Positions 46,477-54,749 of a DNA stretch of 64,000 nt are shown here, piece after piece. Origin of the DNA: a virus; the IMG/VR virus record IMGVR_UViG_3300040811_000439, positions 1 to 64,000 of that record; one strand, given 5' to 3'. How positions within the stretch are numbered: the first letter of the stretch is position 1; each line of letters opens with the position of its first letter. The position numbers and the translations under genes are program-made. The notes beneath the pieces were generated by a model. The model had not been told where the DNA came from. It made no database searches and saw only the letters and a program-made list of their open reading frames with translations.

Positions 46477-47519
46477 CTATTCTTTATTGCTTCGTAAATT
46501 AGTTTACCACTAAAGAAGTTATCTGTTAACTTCCTAGTTTGTGTTAGCATTGCATTACGATATTTTTCGTAATTAATCATGTAATCGTGGATTGTTTCAA
46601 TAACACTAGATTTGTGTTCCTGATATTTATCCCAACTTTCTGTCCACTCACTAGGATACTTAAATTCATCGATAGCCATTTCACTGTAACTTAGACGATC
46701 GGGAATCATTGGAATGGTATCAACTAGCAAACCTTCATACCAACTAATACCAAGTGTTTCTTGTAGATTAGCACTAAACACTAACTTGGCTGTACCTAGT
46801 GCATTATGGTAATCATTTTTAGTATAGCCCTGCTCCATACACACGATCCATTCATACTCTGGCATACTGTCTGCAAGGTCACGGAATATCTCAGGCTGCT
46901 TTTCAGGTGCAATACGATGTGGGAAAAGAATAGTATTGGTCTTTTGCATATGTTTGTATGGAAGCATTTGATCCGCTTCATACTCCATAGGCCAACCAAC
47001 ACGCTTTGTTTTTGCTAGATCAATCTTTAGACTTTCAGCAAACAGATCAATATGAAACTGTGATGCATAAAAGTTGTCATCAAAGCATTCATACATGCTC
47101 TGCTCAGCATGTCTTACCCAAGGCTTATCTCCTATAAGACGCCCAAGGAAGTCAGCAGGATCATAACTGCCAGCATGCCATAAACCGCCAATACGAACGT
47201 CAACCCCCAGTAGTTCAGCCATATAGCGAAGTTGGATAACAGTAGGGTTCCAAGCATCTGTATAAAGGAAATAGTCGCCGTTATGCACTTGCCCTCGGCA
47301 AAACATCTCAGCAATCTGTTCAAGTTGATTACTCTTATAAACATTTGTTCCACCAAAGTTTAGAAACGCACCTGGAGTAGTAGCCTGCGGCACATCCCCT
47401 CCGCTGATAACAACCACTTCGTCATTTGTAGCTCGACGTAGTTGTTTAGGAAGATGTTCCTTCCATTCGCTAGTATAACGTGTTTCAACTGCTTCTAAGT
47501 CTACAATGTATACTGTCAT
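46473..47519 (-). CDS. GT-B (GT4-like) glycosyltransferase
   Basis: FPHRIAPEKQ, QETLGISWYEG (Ex7E). Confidence 0.75.
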   Translation of the reverse strand: MTVYIVDLEAVETRYTSEWKEHLPKQLRRATNDEVVVISGGDVPQATTPGAFLNFGGTNVYKSNQLEQIAEMFCRGQVHNGDYFLYTDAWNPTVIQLRYMAELLGVDVRIGGLWHAGSYDPADFLGRLIGDKPWVRHAEQSMYECFDDNFYASQFHIDLFAESLKIDLAKTKRVGWPMEYEADQMLPYKHMQKTNTILFPHRIAPEKQPEIFRDLADSMPEYEWIVCMEQGYTKNDYHNALGTAKLVFSANLQETLGISWYEGLLVDTIPMIPDRLSYSEMAIDEFKYPSEWTESWDKYQEHKSSVIETIHDYMINYEKYRNAMLTQTRKLTDNFFSGKLIYEAIKNR

Positions 47520-47821
47520 AGGTCTCTACTTTCGTAGGTTTGTTTTAATGGTATTAACAGTTTATACTCTTCTTTTGCAAACTGCAAGTTAATAAGATAG
47601 GATTCAGTTCCATGCTTCCAGTCATGTCCAAATCCTTCCCACCACCAATCTTGATTATAAACAAGTCCGTGTTGTCCTAGTACATTTGAAATATGACAAA
47701 GAGCATCAACGGGTGTGTATCCAGCATTGAGAGCGCCGCCCTCCATTGGAAGATTGTTACGTCTGTCTGTCCAGCCGTTGTGTTTTACACACACCCGATG
47801 ATTAAACTTTTGTTCATACAT
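47516..47821 (-). CDS. Small hypothetical protein
   Basis: Coupled at both ends. Confidence 0.55.
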   Translation of the reverse strand: MYEQKFNHRVCVKHNGWTDRRNNLPMEGGALNAGYTPVDALCHISNVLGQHGLVYNQDWWWEGFGHDWKHGTESYLINLQFAKEEYKLLIPLKQTYESRDL

Positions 47822-48036
47822 TATCTGTTAGGGCCAAAAATCCTTGCTCCTGTAAGTTTAGCATCGCGGATCCAATTGTTGCTGATTCGCTTGCCTCCCT
47901 TAAAGGCAGTGTACTCGTTGTACACTGGGCTCTTGTTGTTATATAGATCAGCCTCATTATAAGGATGACCAAATACAGTGCAGAAACGCTTGTAGTCGTC
48001 TAGGTCGTCAAATACCTTTTGCACTTCGTTTTTCAT
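47821..48036 (-). CDS. Small hypothetical protein
   Basis: FDDLD.Y..FC...G..YNEADLY; TAATG coupling. Confidence 0.6.
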   Translation of the reverse strand: MKNEVQKVFDDLDDYKRFCTVFGHPYNEADLYNNKSPVYNEYTAFKGGKRISNNWIRDAKLTGARIFGPNR

Positions 48037-48491
48037 TATACGTCCTTTGAATATTGTGTTATTGCGCCGTTTTCGCCGTCTTCGGATACTTCAATCCAAA
48101 CTTCACGACCAGGATAACGATCCTGAATGGTTACATATAGGTCATCTGAGATCATCTCACATGACTTAAAGTCTACGTTAAGTTCGCCTTCATAAAGTTT
48201 ATTCATCCAACGTTTGAACTGGATAAATTCAATGTCACGATCATCATGGAATACTTCAATCCATACACGGAACTTGAAGATGTGACGATGAGGATATTGC
48301 AAAAAACTTACATCATATTCATCGCCTGTTGCTAGTTTAGGATCATCAGCAGCCGCTGGATAGCGATGCATACCTTCCTTCTCAAACTTAACCCATACCA
48401 TACGTGAAGCTTTGCGTACTCGATCCTTTAGACCTTCTTCACGCATACTACGTAGGATAAACTCGTCGTGACTCTCTCTTTTATCAGCCAT
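48036..48491 (-). CDS. QueD-like T-fold protein (DpdL-like candidate)
   Basis: EG.H.YP, LQYPHRHIF (LxxxHRHxF), SCEM, IEVSEDGENG. Confidence 0.7.
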   Translation of the reverse strand: MADKRESHDEFILRSMREEGLKDRVRKASRMVWVKFEKEGMHRYPAAADDPKLATGDEYDVSFLQYPHRHIFKFRVWIEVFHDDRDIEFIQFKRWMNKLYEGELNVDFKSCEMISDDLYVTIQDRYPGREVWIEVSEDGENGAITQYSKDV

Positions 48492-49134
48492 TTTCGTTTA
48501 ATTCCCATACACAAGCGGCCATACCTTTTCCGTTTGTATCACCGCCACAGTTGTCGAGGTCCTGCTCACCATAAGACAGTAACTCAATAAAGTCTTCACC
48601 ATTAGGTGTTTCAGTTTGACACCACTTTAGTTTCATAAAGTCAAACTCTTCGTCATCGGGTAGCTCTAAAGTATAGTCTCCAAAGCACCCTTTGTCAATA
48701 CTAGCACCATAGAAAACATATTTAACCTCAGGATAATCCTTGGGAAAGTTTACCCATTCGTAAGTAATGTTATCTTCGATACCCTGTTCTTCATACTTGT
48801 TGAATAACTCGCTCCAGTCTGTTGGATCAAGGATATCTTTAACGTGCTTGCTATTATATTCAGCACCATCATACTCGTCAATAGTAATATATGCTGTATC
48901 TAATGCTGTTGCATTTAGATGCATAATATCTTCTTTTTCATAGTACTCACCGATCCAGCGAGGATCAGTATCGTCGAATATAGGATTGGCATCATCCTCT
49001 TCATATGGATCAATCATATGAGAGATAATATGTTCTTCTTCCATGTCCTTCCAGAAGTCGTACTGTTCCTTGGTAAGGCTACCGAAGCACTGCTCACCGC
49101 CATACCCTTGGATTAAAATGCGATAGTATCTCAT
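48484..49134 (-). CDS. Highly acidic hypothetical protein
   Basis: 216 aa, D/E-rich, GYGGE and T.GKG motifs. Confidence 0.55.
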   Translation of the reverse strand: MRYYRILIQGYGGEQCFGSLTKEQYDFWKDMEEEHIISHMIDPYEEDDANPIFDDTDPRWIGEYYEKEDIMHLNATALDTAYITIDEYDGAEYNSKHVKDILDPTDWSELFNKYEEQGIEDNITYEWVNFPKDYPEVKYVFYGASIDKGCFGDYTLELPDDEEFDFMKLKWCQTETPNGEDFIELLSYGEQDLDNCGGDTNGKGMAACVWELNENG

Positions 49135-49643
49135 TTTACAATCTCGTCGCCTTTATATTCATGCCATGGGGTAAATGACTCGTCTGTTTGTAGAGAGCCT
49201 AGTCTGTGTGTCCAAACTCCCTGATTACTGTGTCCCCAAGTTGTGTCGTCTAGTTTAATTGTAGCATGAGAATTAAACTTGTCAATGTGAGGCAGTCTAA
49301 CACTAATCATACTAACAAAATTTGGAAAGTCGTCAAAGCCCTGCTCTAGAACTTCCTCTGCATAAAATACATCATAGTCAAGGATGCATACATAGCCTTC
49401 TCGTAGTAGAGGTACAATCATTTCACTCCATGCATTCCAGTCATCGTCTGATTCTGGTGCAAAACTTTGACTTGTACCAAAGTATAAGTGCTTGGTTCCA
49501 GACTGTGCAGCAATATCTTTAATCTCATCGGGATGCTTAACGCCCACAATGAATAGATGCTTGATGCCTTTGAATGGTGTATTTTCAACTTCTACACCAG
49601 TAAAAAAATCTGCGTCTAGTCTTTCTTGTGTGTCTATCGCCAT
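49131..49643 (-). CDS. Hypothetical protein
   Basis: FFTG.EVE.TP, HLYFG.SQSF, KLDD.....N.GVW.H. Confidence 0.6.
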   Translation of the reverse strand: MAIDTQERLDADFFTGVEVENTPFKGIKHLFIVGVKHPDEIKDIAAQSGTKHLYFGTSQSFAPESDDDWNAWSEMIVPLLREGYVCILDYDVFYAEEVLEQGFDDFPNFVSMISVRLPHIDKFNSHATIKLDDTTWGHSNQGVWTHRLGSLQTDESFTPWHEYKGDEIVK

Positions 49644-50542
49644 TCTATATATCCCCTTGAATATCCGTTAGGTCTATCAGCAGCATCAGCAAATGCCTGC
49701 TGCCATTCTGTATCTCTATTATACCCTTTAGTCCAAAATGTGTCAACTTCGAGCTCTTCCATTGAAATCATATCAACTGCTTCTTGCATACACCTGTTGA
49801 AGTGTTCGTCTCTTGGACTTGGACAATGCATAGTGATGTTCTTCCATAATGCTTCAGAGAAGTCAATGGTACTTGGAATAATAGGGCTACCTACAATAAT
49901 TTTACCATTATCATTAGTAAGTCCTATTACAGTTTGCCAATCGACAGGCTTTAGTATTACAACATTATCGTAAGTATCTTCTACATCCTCAAGGTCTTCG
50001 TACGGTTCATAACCCCAAGTATCCAATAGTTCGATATTGCTATTACCTACTATATCTGGAAGTTCTCTAGTTTCGAACGTACCCATAATGTTAAAGCCCT
50101 GTTGCTGTGTAAGCCATTGTGCAATAACTGTTGCTAAGAAACCCGTACCAATAATAAGTGTACTGCCTAGTCCAATCTTTCCACCAATGTTAAGTGCACA
50201 ACCAACAGGCTCTACAATGTATTTAGGATCTGCTTCTGGAACCTGTACAAAATGATCTACATTGTACTCATCTGCATATGCAGGTTCTCCTCGAGTAGCA
50301 ACATAATCTCCTACTTGAATATCTAAGACATTGTTACCTACTGCAACAACTTGTCCAAGTCCTTCATGTCCACTCATATCTTCAGGGAGTAAAGGAAAGT
50401 GCCCTAACATCATATCAATATCGCTACGACACACACCAGTCATAATACTACGAACACGGATCTGATTAGGTGCCATGTTTTGTACTACGTAGTTTTTCTC
50501 TAGGAATGTACCGTTGCCTTCAGTATAAAGCAAACGTGTCAT
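49634..50542 (-). CDS. Zn-dependent alcohol dehydrogenase (MDR family)
   Basis: GVCRSD, GHEGLG.V..VG, VEP..C, GTGFL. Confidence 0.85.
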   Translation of the reverse strand: MTRLLYTEGNGTFLEKNYVVQNMAPNQIRVRSIMTGVCRSDIDMMLGHFPLLPEDMSGHEGLGQVVAVGNNVLDIQVGDYVATRGEPAYADEYNVDHFVQVPEADPKYIVEPVGCALNIGGKIGLGSTLIIGTGFLATVIAQWLTQQQGFNIMGTFETRELPDIVGNSNIELLDTWGYEPYEDLEDVEDTYDNVVILKPVDWQTVIGLTNDNGKIIVGSPIIPSTIDFSEALWKNITMHCPSPRDEHFNRCMQEAVDMISMEELEVDTFWTKGYNRDTEWQQAFADAADRPNGYSRGYIEWR

Positions 50543-50543
50543 T

Positions 50544-51416
50544 TTATAGTGACTCTATCTGTTGATGAATCCAAAGGTCATATTGGTACTGCATGTCCCA
50601 ATATTCAGTATTATATATGTTTTTGTAAGAGCGGTCAACCATTTCTCGGTATGCAGATTCTGGACAAAGACCTAGTTGCTCTGTGTGGAATATTTGTTCG
50701 TTGTATATAAATTCGATATTTACACGGTCGCCGCCAGGATACTTCCAACAGGTTTGTATCTCAAATACAGTTGGGCCATGGTAGGTCACCTCTGCCCAAT
50801 CATCTACATTATAAACACCATTAGGATTGACTGTGCCGTACTCAGTGTTCTGCACTAGATCTAATGTGTAGTTTTGTTTTGAAAGATGAACAGGCCTTGA
50901 ATAAGCTCTGTAGTTAGGCTCTAGTACTTGGAACCAACTAAGCATATGCGGTAACAAATCTCTGCTTACGCCGCCATATGCTAGTTGCTTGTTTGTAAAC
51001 CAGTGCCCTGGGTGTGGCACTCTATTGTGCTGTAGCCAATTCAGTCTAACAGTGTCAGCGTTAACTGCTAGGGCTTTAAGTTCATTTACATTAGACCTAA
51101 ACTGATTGTTTTTGACCATTGTGATGCGTGTGTTTGGAAAATCACTTACAAGATTCTGCCATGCTTCACTGTCAGCAACGCCTGGCTTTTCAACAAACAC
51201 AATACTGCTTTTTGCTGCACACTGTCTAGCAACTTCTTCGTGTGTGAAATTAGGTGTGCACACATGAGCAATATCATAAGTACCTGTTACACTAGAAACA
51301 TCTGTAGCATCTGCAGGCTTAATTTTATCAACAGTCGTAATGTCCCAACCTAGTGATTGGTACACACTGCGATATAGTTCGCCTATACCTAAACCTACAA
51401 TTAGTGCTGTTGGCAT
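50544..51416 (-). CDS. Gfo/Idh/MocA oxidoreductase
   Basis: VGLGIG, CTPNFTH, FVEKPG, GGV..DL.PH. Confidence 0.85.
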   Translation of the reverse strand: MPTALIVGLGIGELYRSVYQSLGWDITTVDKIKPADATDVSSVTGTYDIAHVCTPNFTHEEVARQCAAKSSIVFVEKPGVADSEAWQNLVSDFPNTRITMVKNNQFRSNVNELKALAVNADTVRLNWLQHNRVPHPGHWFTNKQLAYGGVSRDLLPHMLSWFQVLEPNYRAYSRPVHLSKQNYTLDLVQNTEYGTVNPNGVYNVDDWAEVTYHGPTVFEIQTCWKYPGGDRVNIEFIYNEQIFHTEQLGLCPESAYREMVDRSYKNIYNTEYWDMQYQYDLWIHQQIESL

Positions 51417-52885
51417 TATGCTTCTGAAAATAGATTGTTAAACTGTGTGGATGCATTTACTGACTTTTTGCCAGTATAGCCTCTTGTACCAATTACACGC
51501 ATCCATAAGCGTGAATGATCGTCAATCATCTGTAACTGCTTGTCTCTGTCGTCAATCTCAAAGATACGTGCAATCACATCTTTTACTTCTGTACGATCAA
51601 AGCGATCATCAACTAGCATGGTTGGATAGTCGCCATTATCATACGCACGATTTGCTTCTTGTACGCTGCGAATATGTGTATAAACATTGTGATTCATCAT
51701 CAGTGCATATGCAAAACTATCCCAACTTGTAGCAGTACTAACACCCATGCGATTTACATCTGTTGGGCTATAAATTGTAATGTCATTTAACTTTAACAAA
51801 TTGGTTATCGGACTGGGCATCCAGTTATTATACATTGCGTCGCAAAAGTCATCGTAAGGAGTAGTATTTGCATTCCACGCTTTATCGTCTGGAGCATCTT
51901 CCATTACATAACTCCATTTGGTGTCGTTGTCCAAACGATAACCTGTATACTGTTGTCCATTTGCTGTACACAAGAACGGACTTGCACAATCAAATGTAAC
52001 TGTAAAGTTTTCGTTATGCTGTTTGCGTACACCGCGTTGAATCGCAGTGAGCACCATTGCCCATTCTAATTTACTTGTACCCAAGAAGTGCATTAAATCA
52101 TGTTTACCTTTTTCAAGTAACCCATCATGCATAAGTGTAACAACACGGCGTAAAGTTAGATGAACATCACACATATTCTGTCCACCCATTGCCCAACCGT
52201 TAAAGTGTGCATCTGGGTATACCTTAGGATCGCAAAACTCTTTTACTTGGTCGTACCAGTCATCTGCTTGACTAAAGTTTTCGCCTTGTAGTACATTTAA
52301 AAACTTACAGTTGCCATTTCGATTGTTAATAAAGTATTCGTTGTTATGCTTTGTTCCGTCTACACTTTCTTGATAACTGGTGATCTTAGTTACTGCTGCA
52401 CTGTGCTTTTCTCTAGCAATCCATGTTGGAATATCTAGTACCATTCCATAGTCCATGAAAGCGTCCATCCATTTTAGAACACCATCACGCTTTTTGTGTG
52501 CTTGTGGACAACCACTACCTGCACGCCAATCGCCTTCCCACTTGCCTTTACCAATCTGGAAACCACCACTATCGCCCAGTAGCCAACTTGTTTCTCTGTT
52601 ACGATCACGGTACATGTCCTCACGGAACATATCTTTTTGTAGATCTAAACTAGCGTGTCCTGCACTGTGCAAACTCCACTTATATTTCCATAAACCTTCT
52701 GGTGCTAGCCAGTTGATACTTTCTACACCGTGCTTTAGTCCACTAGGCACCCGATTCAAAGGAATGTAAGGATCATTATCAATAAGTCCTCTGCGCTGTC
52801 TGCCTACAAACAGAGCATAGAATGTGCTTAGTGCTGGCAGGAATCTTGCATAGTCAGACTGTTGTGCAGTTAGGTTAGTTTCCAT
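51416..52885 (-). CDS. TGT-fold 7-deazaguanine transglycosylase (DpdA-like)
   Basis: DSGGFQ, MVLDIP, VLQG, GWAMGG, HFLG, TFDCASP, HN; no obvious CxCxxC Zn site of tRNA TGTs. Confidence 0.8.
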   Translation of the reverse strand: METNLTAQQSDYARFLPALSTFYALFVGRQRRGLIDNDPYIPLNRVPSGLKHGVESINWLAPEGLWKYKWSLHSAGHASLDLQKDMFREDMYRDRNRETSWLLGDSGGFQIGKGKWEGDWRAGSGCPQAHKKRDGVLKWMDAFMDYGMVLDIPTWIAREKHSAAVTKITSYQESVDGTKHNNEYFINNRNGNCKFLNVLQGENFSQADDWYDQVKEFCDPKVYPDAHFNGWAMGGQNMCDVHLTLRRVVTLMHDGLLEKGKHDLMHFLGTSKLEWAMVLTAIQRGVRKQHNENFTVTFDCASPFLCTANGQQYTGYRLDNDTKWSYVMEDAPDDKAWNANTTPYDDFCDAMYNNWMPSPITNLLKLNDITIYSPTDVNRMGVSTATSWDSFAYALMMNHNVYTHIRSVQEANRAYDNGDYPTMLVDDRFDRTEVKDVIARIFEIDDRDKQLQMIDDHSRLWMRVIGTRGYTGKKSVNASTQFNNLFSEA

Positions 52886-53007
52886 AGGATATTCTTTTTG
52901 CTTTGTTAATTACGTCTAAATCACTTGAATAAAACTGTTCTATACTATTTAGAAAGTCTAAGTTTGTGCGTAATATTTCTTTTAGTTTACTGTTTATACA
53001 AAGTGCA

Positions 53008-53739
53008 TTACTTGGTTTGTGCAGGAAGTAGATAGTTGTAAACACCAAGTCCGCTGTCAACGCTGATCTGACTAACACCGTCATCTGAGATTGAATACTT
53101 TAGGTCACCACTTAGGCCTAGGATCTTACTAACCTGTTCTACTGGCCAAGCCCAACCCTTGCTTACACTGCCAACAACATCTGGCTGGAACACAAATTCG
53201 CCTGCGTGTGTGCTTGCATCACCAAATGCAAACTTTAGATCATTGCCTTCTGTGCGAGCAATAAAAGTCTTCTCTTCACTGTTGGCTGAGATCATCATCT
53301 TAAGACGCTGTACACTAGCAACTGTAGGCTCAAACTCTACACCCCAATTTACATTCTTCATGGTAACACTCTTGAGCTTGTCATTGACAACTTCACTGCT
53401 CATAAAGCGATAGTCATTCTTGAAGTCGCCGCTTGCGTTCTCAAAATGAATACCAACTGGTACTGTCTCGCCATTACGCTCTTGTGTATTGATTGAGATC
53501 TTTTCGTTCTCTGCATACTCTGGAATACGTAGAATAACGCTTAGTGTTGCGAGATTAGGCATACCAAATGTGCCCATGAACTCTGGCACAGGCTTGTGGA
53601 ATTTGCCCTTAAGAATTACAGAACGGTCTTCTGCAATGCCTTCGATAGTTGTAGTACTGTCATCTCCTGTAATCTTTACAAGTTCAATGAATCCCAAGTT
53701 GTGCGTATGCTGCACAACATCAAGTAGATAATCTTTCAT
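53008..53739 (-). CDS. Sliding clamp (gp45/PCNA-like), putative
   Basis: 243 aa near polB; C-terminus GLGVYNYLLPA resembles PCNA-type clamp ends. Confidence 0.6.
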   Translation of the reverse strand: MKDYLLDVVQHTHNLGFIELVKITGDDSTTTIEGIAEDRSVILKGKFHKPVPEFMGTFGMPNLATLSVILRIPEYAENEKISINTQERNGETVPVGIHFENASGDFKNDYRFMSSEVVNDKLKSVTMKNVNWGVEFEPTVASVQRLKMMISANSEEKTFIARTEGNDLKFAFGDASTHAGEFVFQPDVVGSVSKGWAWPVEQVSKILGLSGDLKYSISDDGVSQISVDSGLGVYNYLLPAQTK

Positions 53740-53769
53740 AGATTGTTCCTTATGTTATGTTGATAGTTA

Positions 53770-53798
53770 AGTATATGATTATTTAGATTGTGAGTCAA
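53770..53798 (-). promoter_or_regulatory. Promoter TTGACT-N17-TATACT with nested TCTAAATA
   Basis: Upstream of the clamp gene. Confidence 0.6.
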
Positions 53799-54717
53799 TA
53801 ACTTTTACAATTTCAATGCTAGGTGTTGCTTGTTTTTGGCTTTTAAACTCGCCAGGCTTTTTAACAATCATTACGTTCCAAACACCGTCGTCAAATGCCT
53901 TGTTATCGACCTTATCAAACCCTATTCCATACATCATACCTGTAATAATAGACTCTGTTTGATAGGCTCTAAATCCATTACAAAATTCTAGACTAGGTCT
54001 GTATTCGCAGTTGTTGTAAGTAAAGTAAAATATTCCACCTGGTTGCATTTTTTCAAATAATATACTAGCCTCATCTTTAATAGGATCAATAGGCATACAT
54101 TCGTACTTGCCAAAACAATATGCAACCCCTATACTAGCGTCTGGCAAGTCTTGTATTGCTCTATACCTACGTAACCTTCTACTAGCAAAAAAATCATTGA
54201 ACTCTTTACTTACTATATCTTGAAGTTGTTTATCTGCAATAATATAGGTTGGATCGTTACTGACAATTTCTCGTGTAAACTTAGGATCCGTTGGATATAA
54301 ATCTACACCAGCGTACTGCCAATTACTAGTACTGTTCTTTAAGCCAAAGATATATGCATTCAGTTTTTCGCTAAAACTTTTACGCAGTGCAATACGCTCT
54401 TCTATAGTAGCACTGAACGATTCATAGTTCTTGTAATCTTCCTGTATTAGCTTTACTTCATTATGACGTAGACGCTTTTGAATGTAGTCTTTTAGTTCAG
54501 CTAGATTGGAGTGGTAAGTTTCTAAACTATTAGAAAGTTCTTGTATACTTCCTATTAGATTGTCATGATGTTTCTTTTCTTTGAATAGCCTTTTGTCGTG
54601 TTCTACTGTACTAGTACGTAAGTCAAGATCGTTAGTAAGCTCCAAGTCAAACTCATTGAGCTTTCTCAACATGAGATCGAGTCTACCAAAACTGTCTAGT
54701 AACCTTGGACTAACCAT
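53779..54717 (-). CDS. Coiled-coil + methyltransferase-like domain protein
   Basis: N-terminal heptads; LPDASIG...KMQPGGIFYFTY resembles class I MTase motifs; TATAAATA at 54734-54741 upstream. Confidence 0.45.
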   Translation of the reverse strand: MVSPRLLDSFGRLDLMLRKLNEFDLELTNDLDLRTSTVEHDKRLFKEKKHHDNLIGSIQELSNSLETYHSNLAELKDYIQKRLRHNEVKLIQEDYKNYESFSATIEERIALRKSFSEKLNAYIFGLKNSTSNWQYAGVDLYPTDPKFTREIVSNDPTYIIADKQLQDIVSKEFNDFFASRRLRRYRAIQDLPDASIGVAYCFGKYECMPIDPIKDEASILFEKMQPGGIFYFTYNNCEYRPSLEFCNGFRAYQTESIITGMMYGIGFDKVDNKAFDDGVWNVMIVKKPGEFKSQKQATPSIEIVKVIDSQSK

Positions 54718-54749
54718 CGAACACCTTCCTAGGTATTTATATACCCATA

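Noticed and set aside
51416-52885. Ordinary bacterial tRNA-guanine transglycosylase (tgt)
   Set aside because: It is longer and divergent, lacks an evident CxCxxC Zn motif, and sits beside the clamp and polymerase; tRNA activity is not excluded, but the tgt symbol is not justified.
52875-53084. 69-aa ORF between the clamp and dpdA
   Set aside because: It starts inside the clamp gene with no RBS; the gap is AT-rich and holds a TAAATA motif, so it is more likely regulatory.
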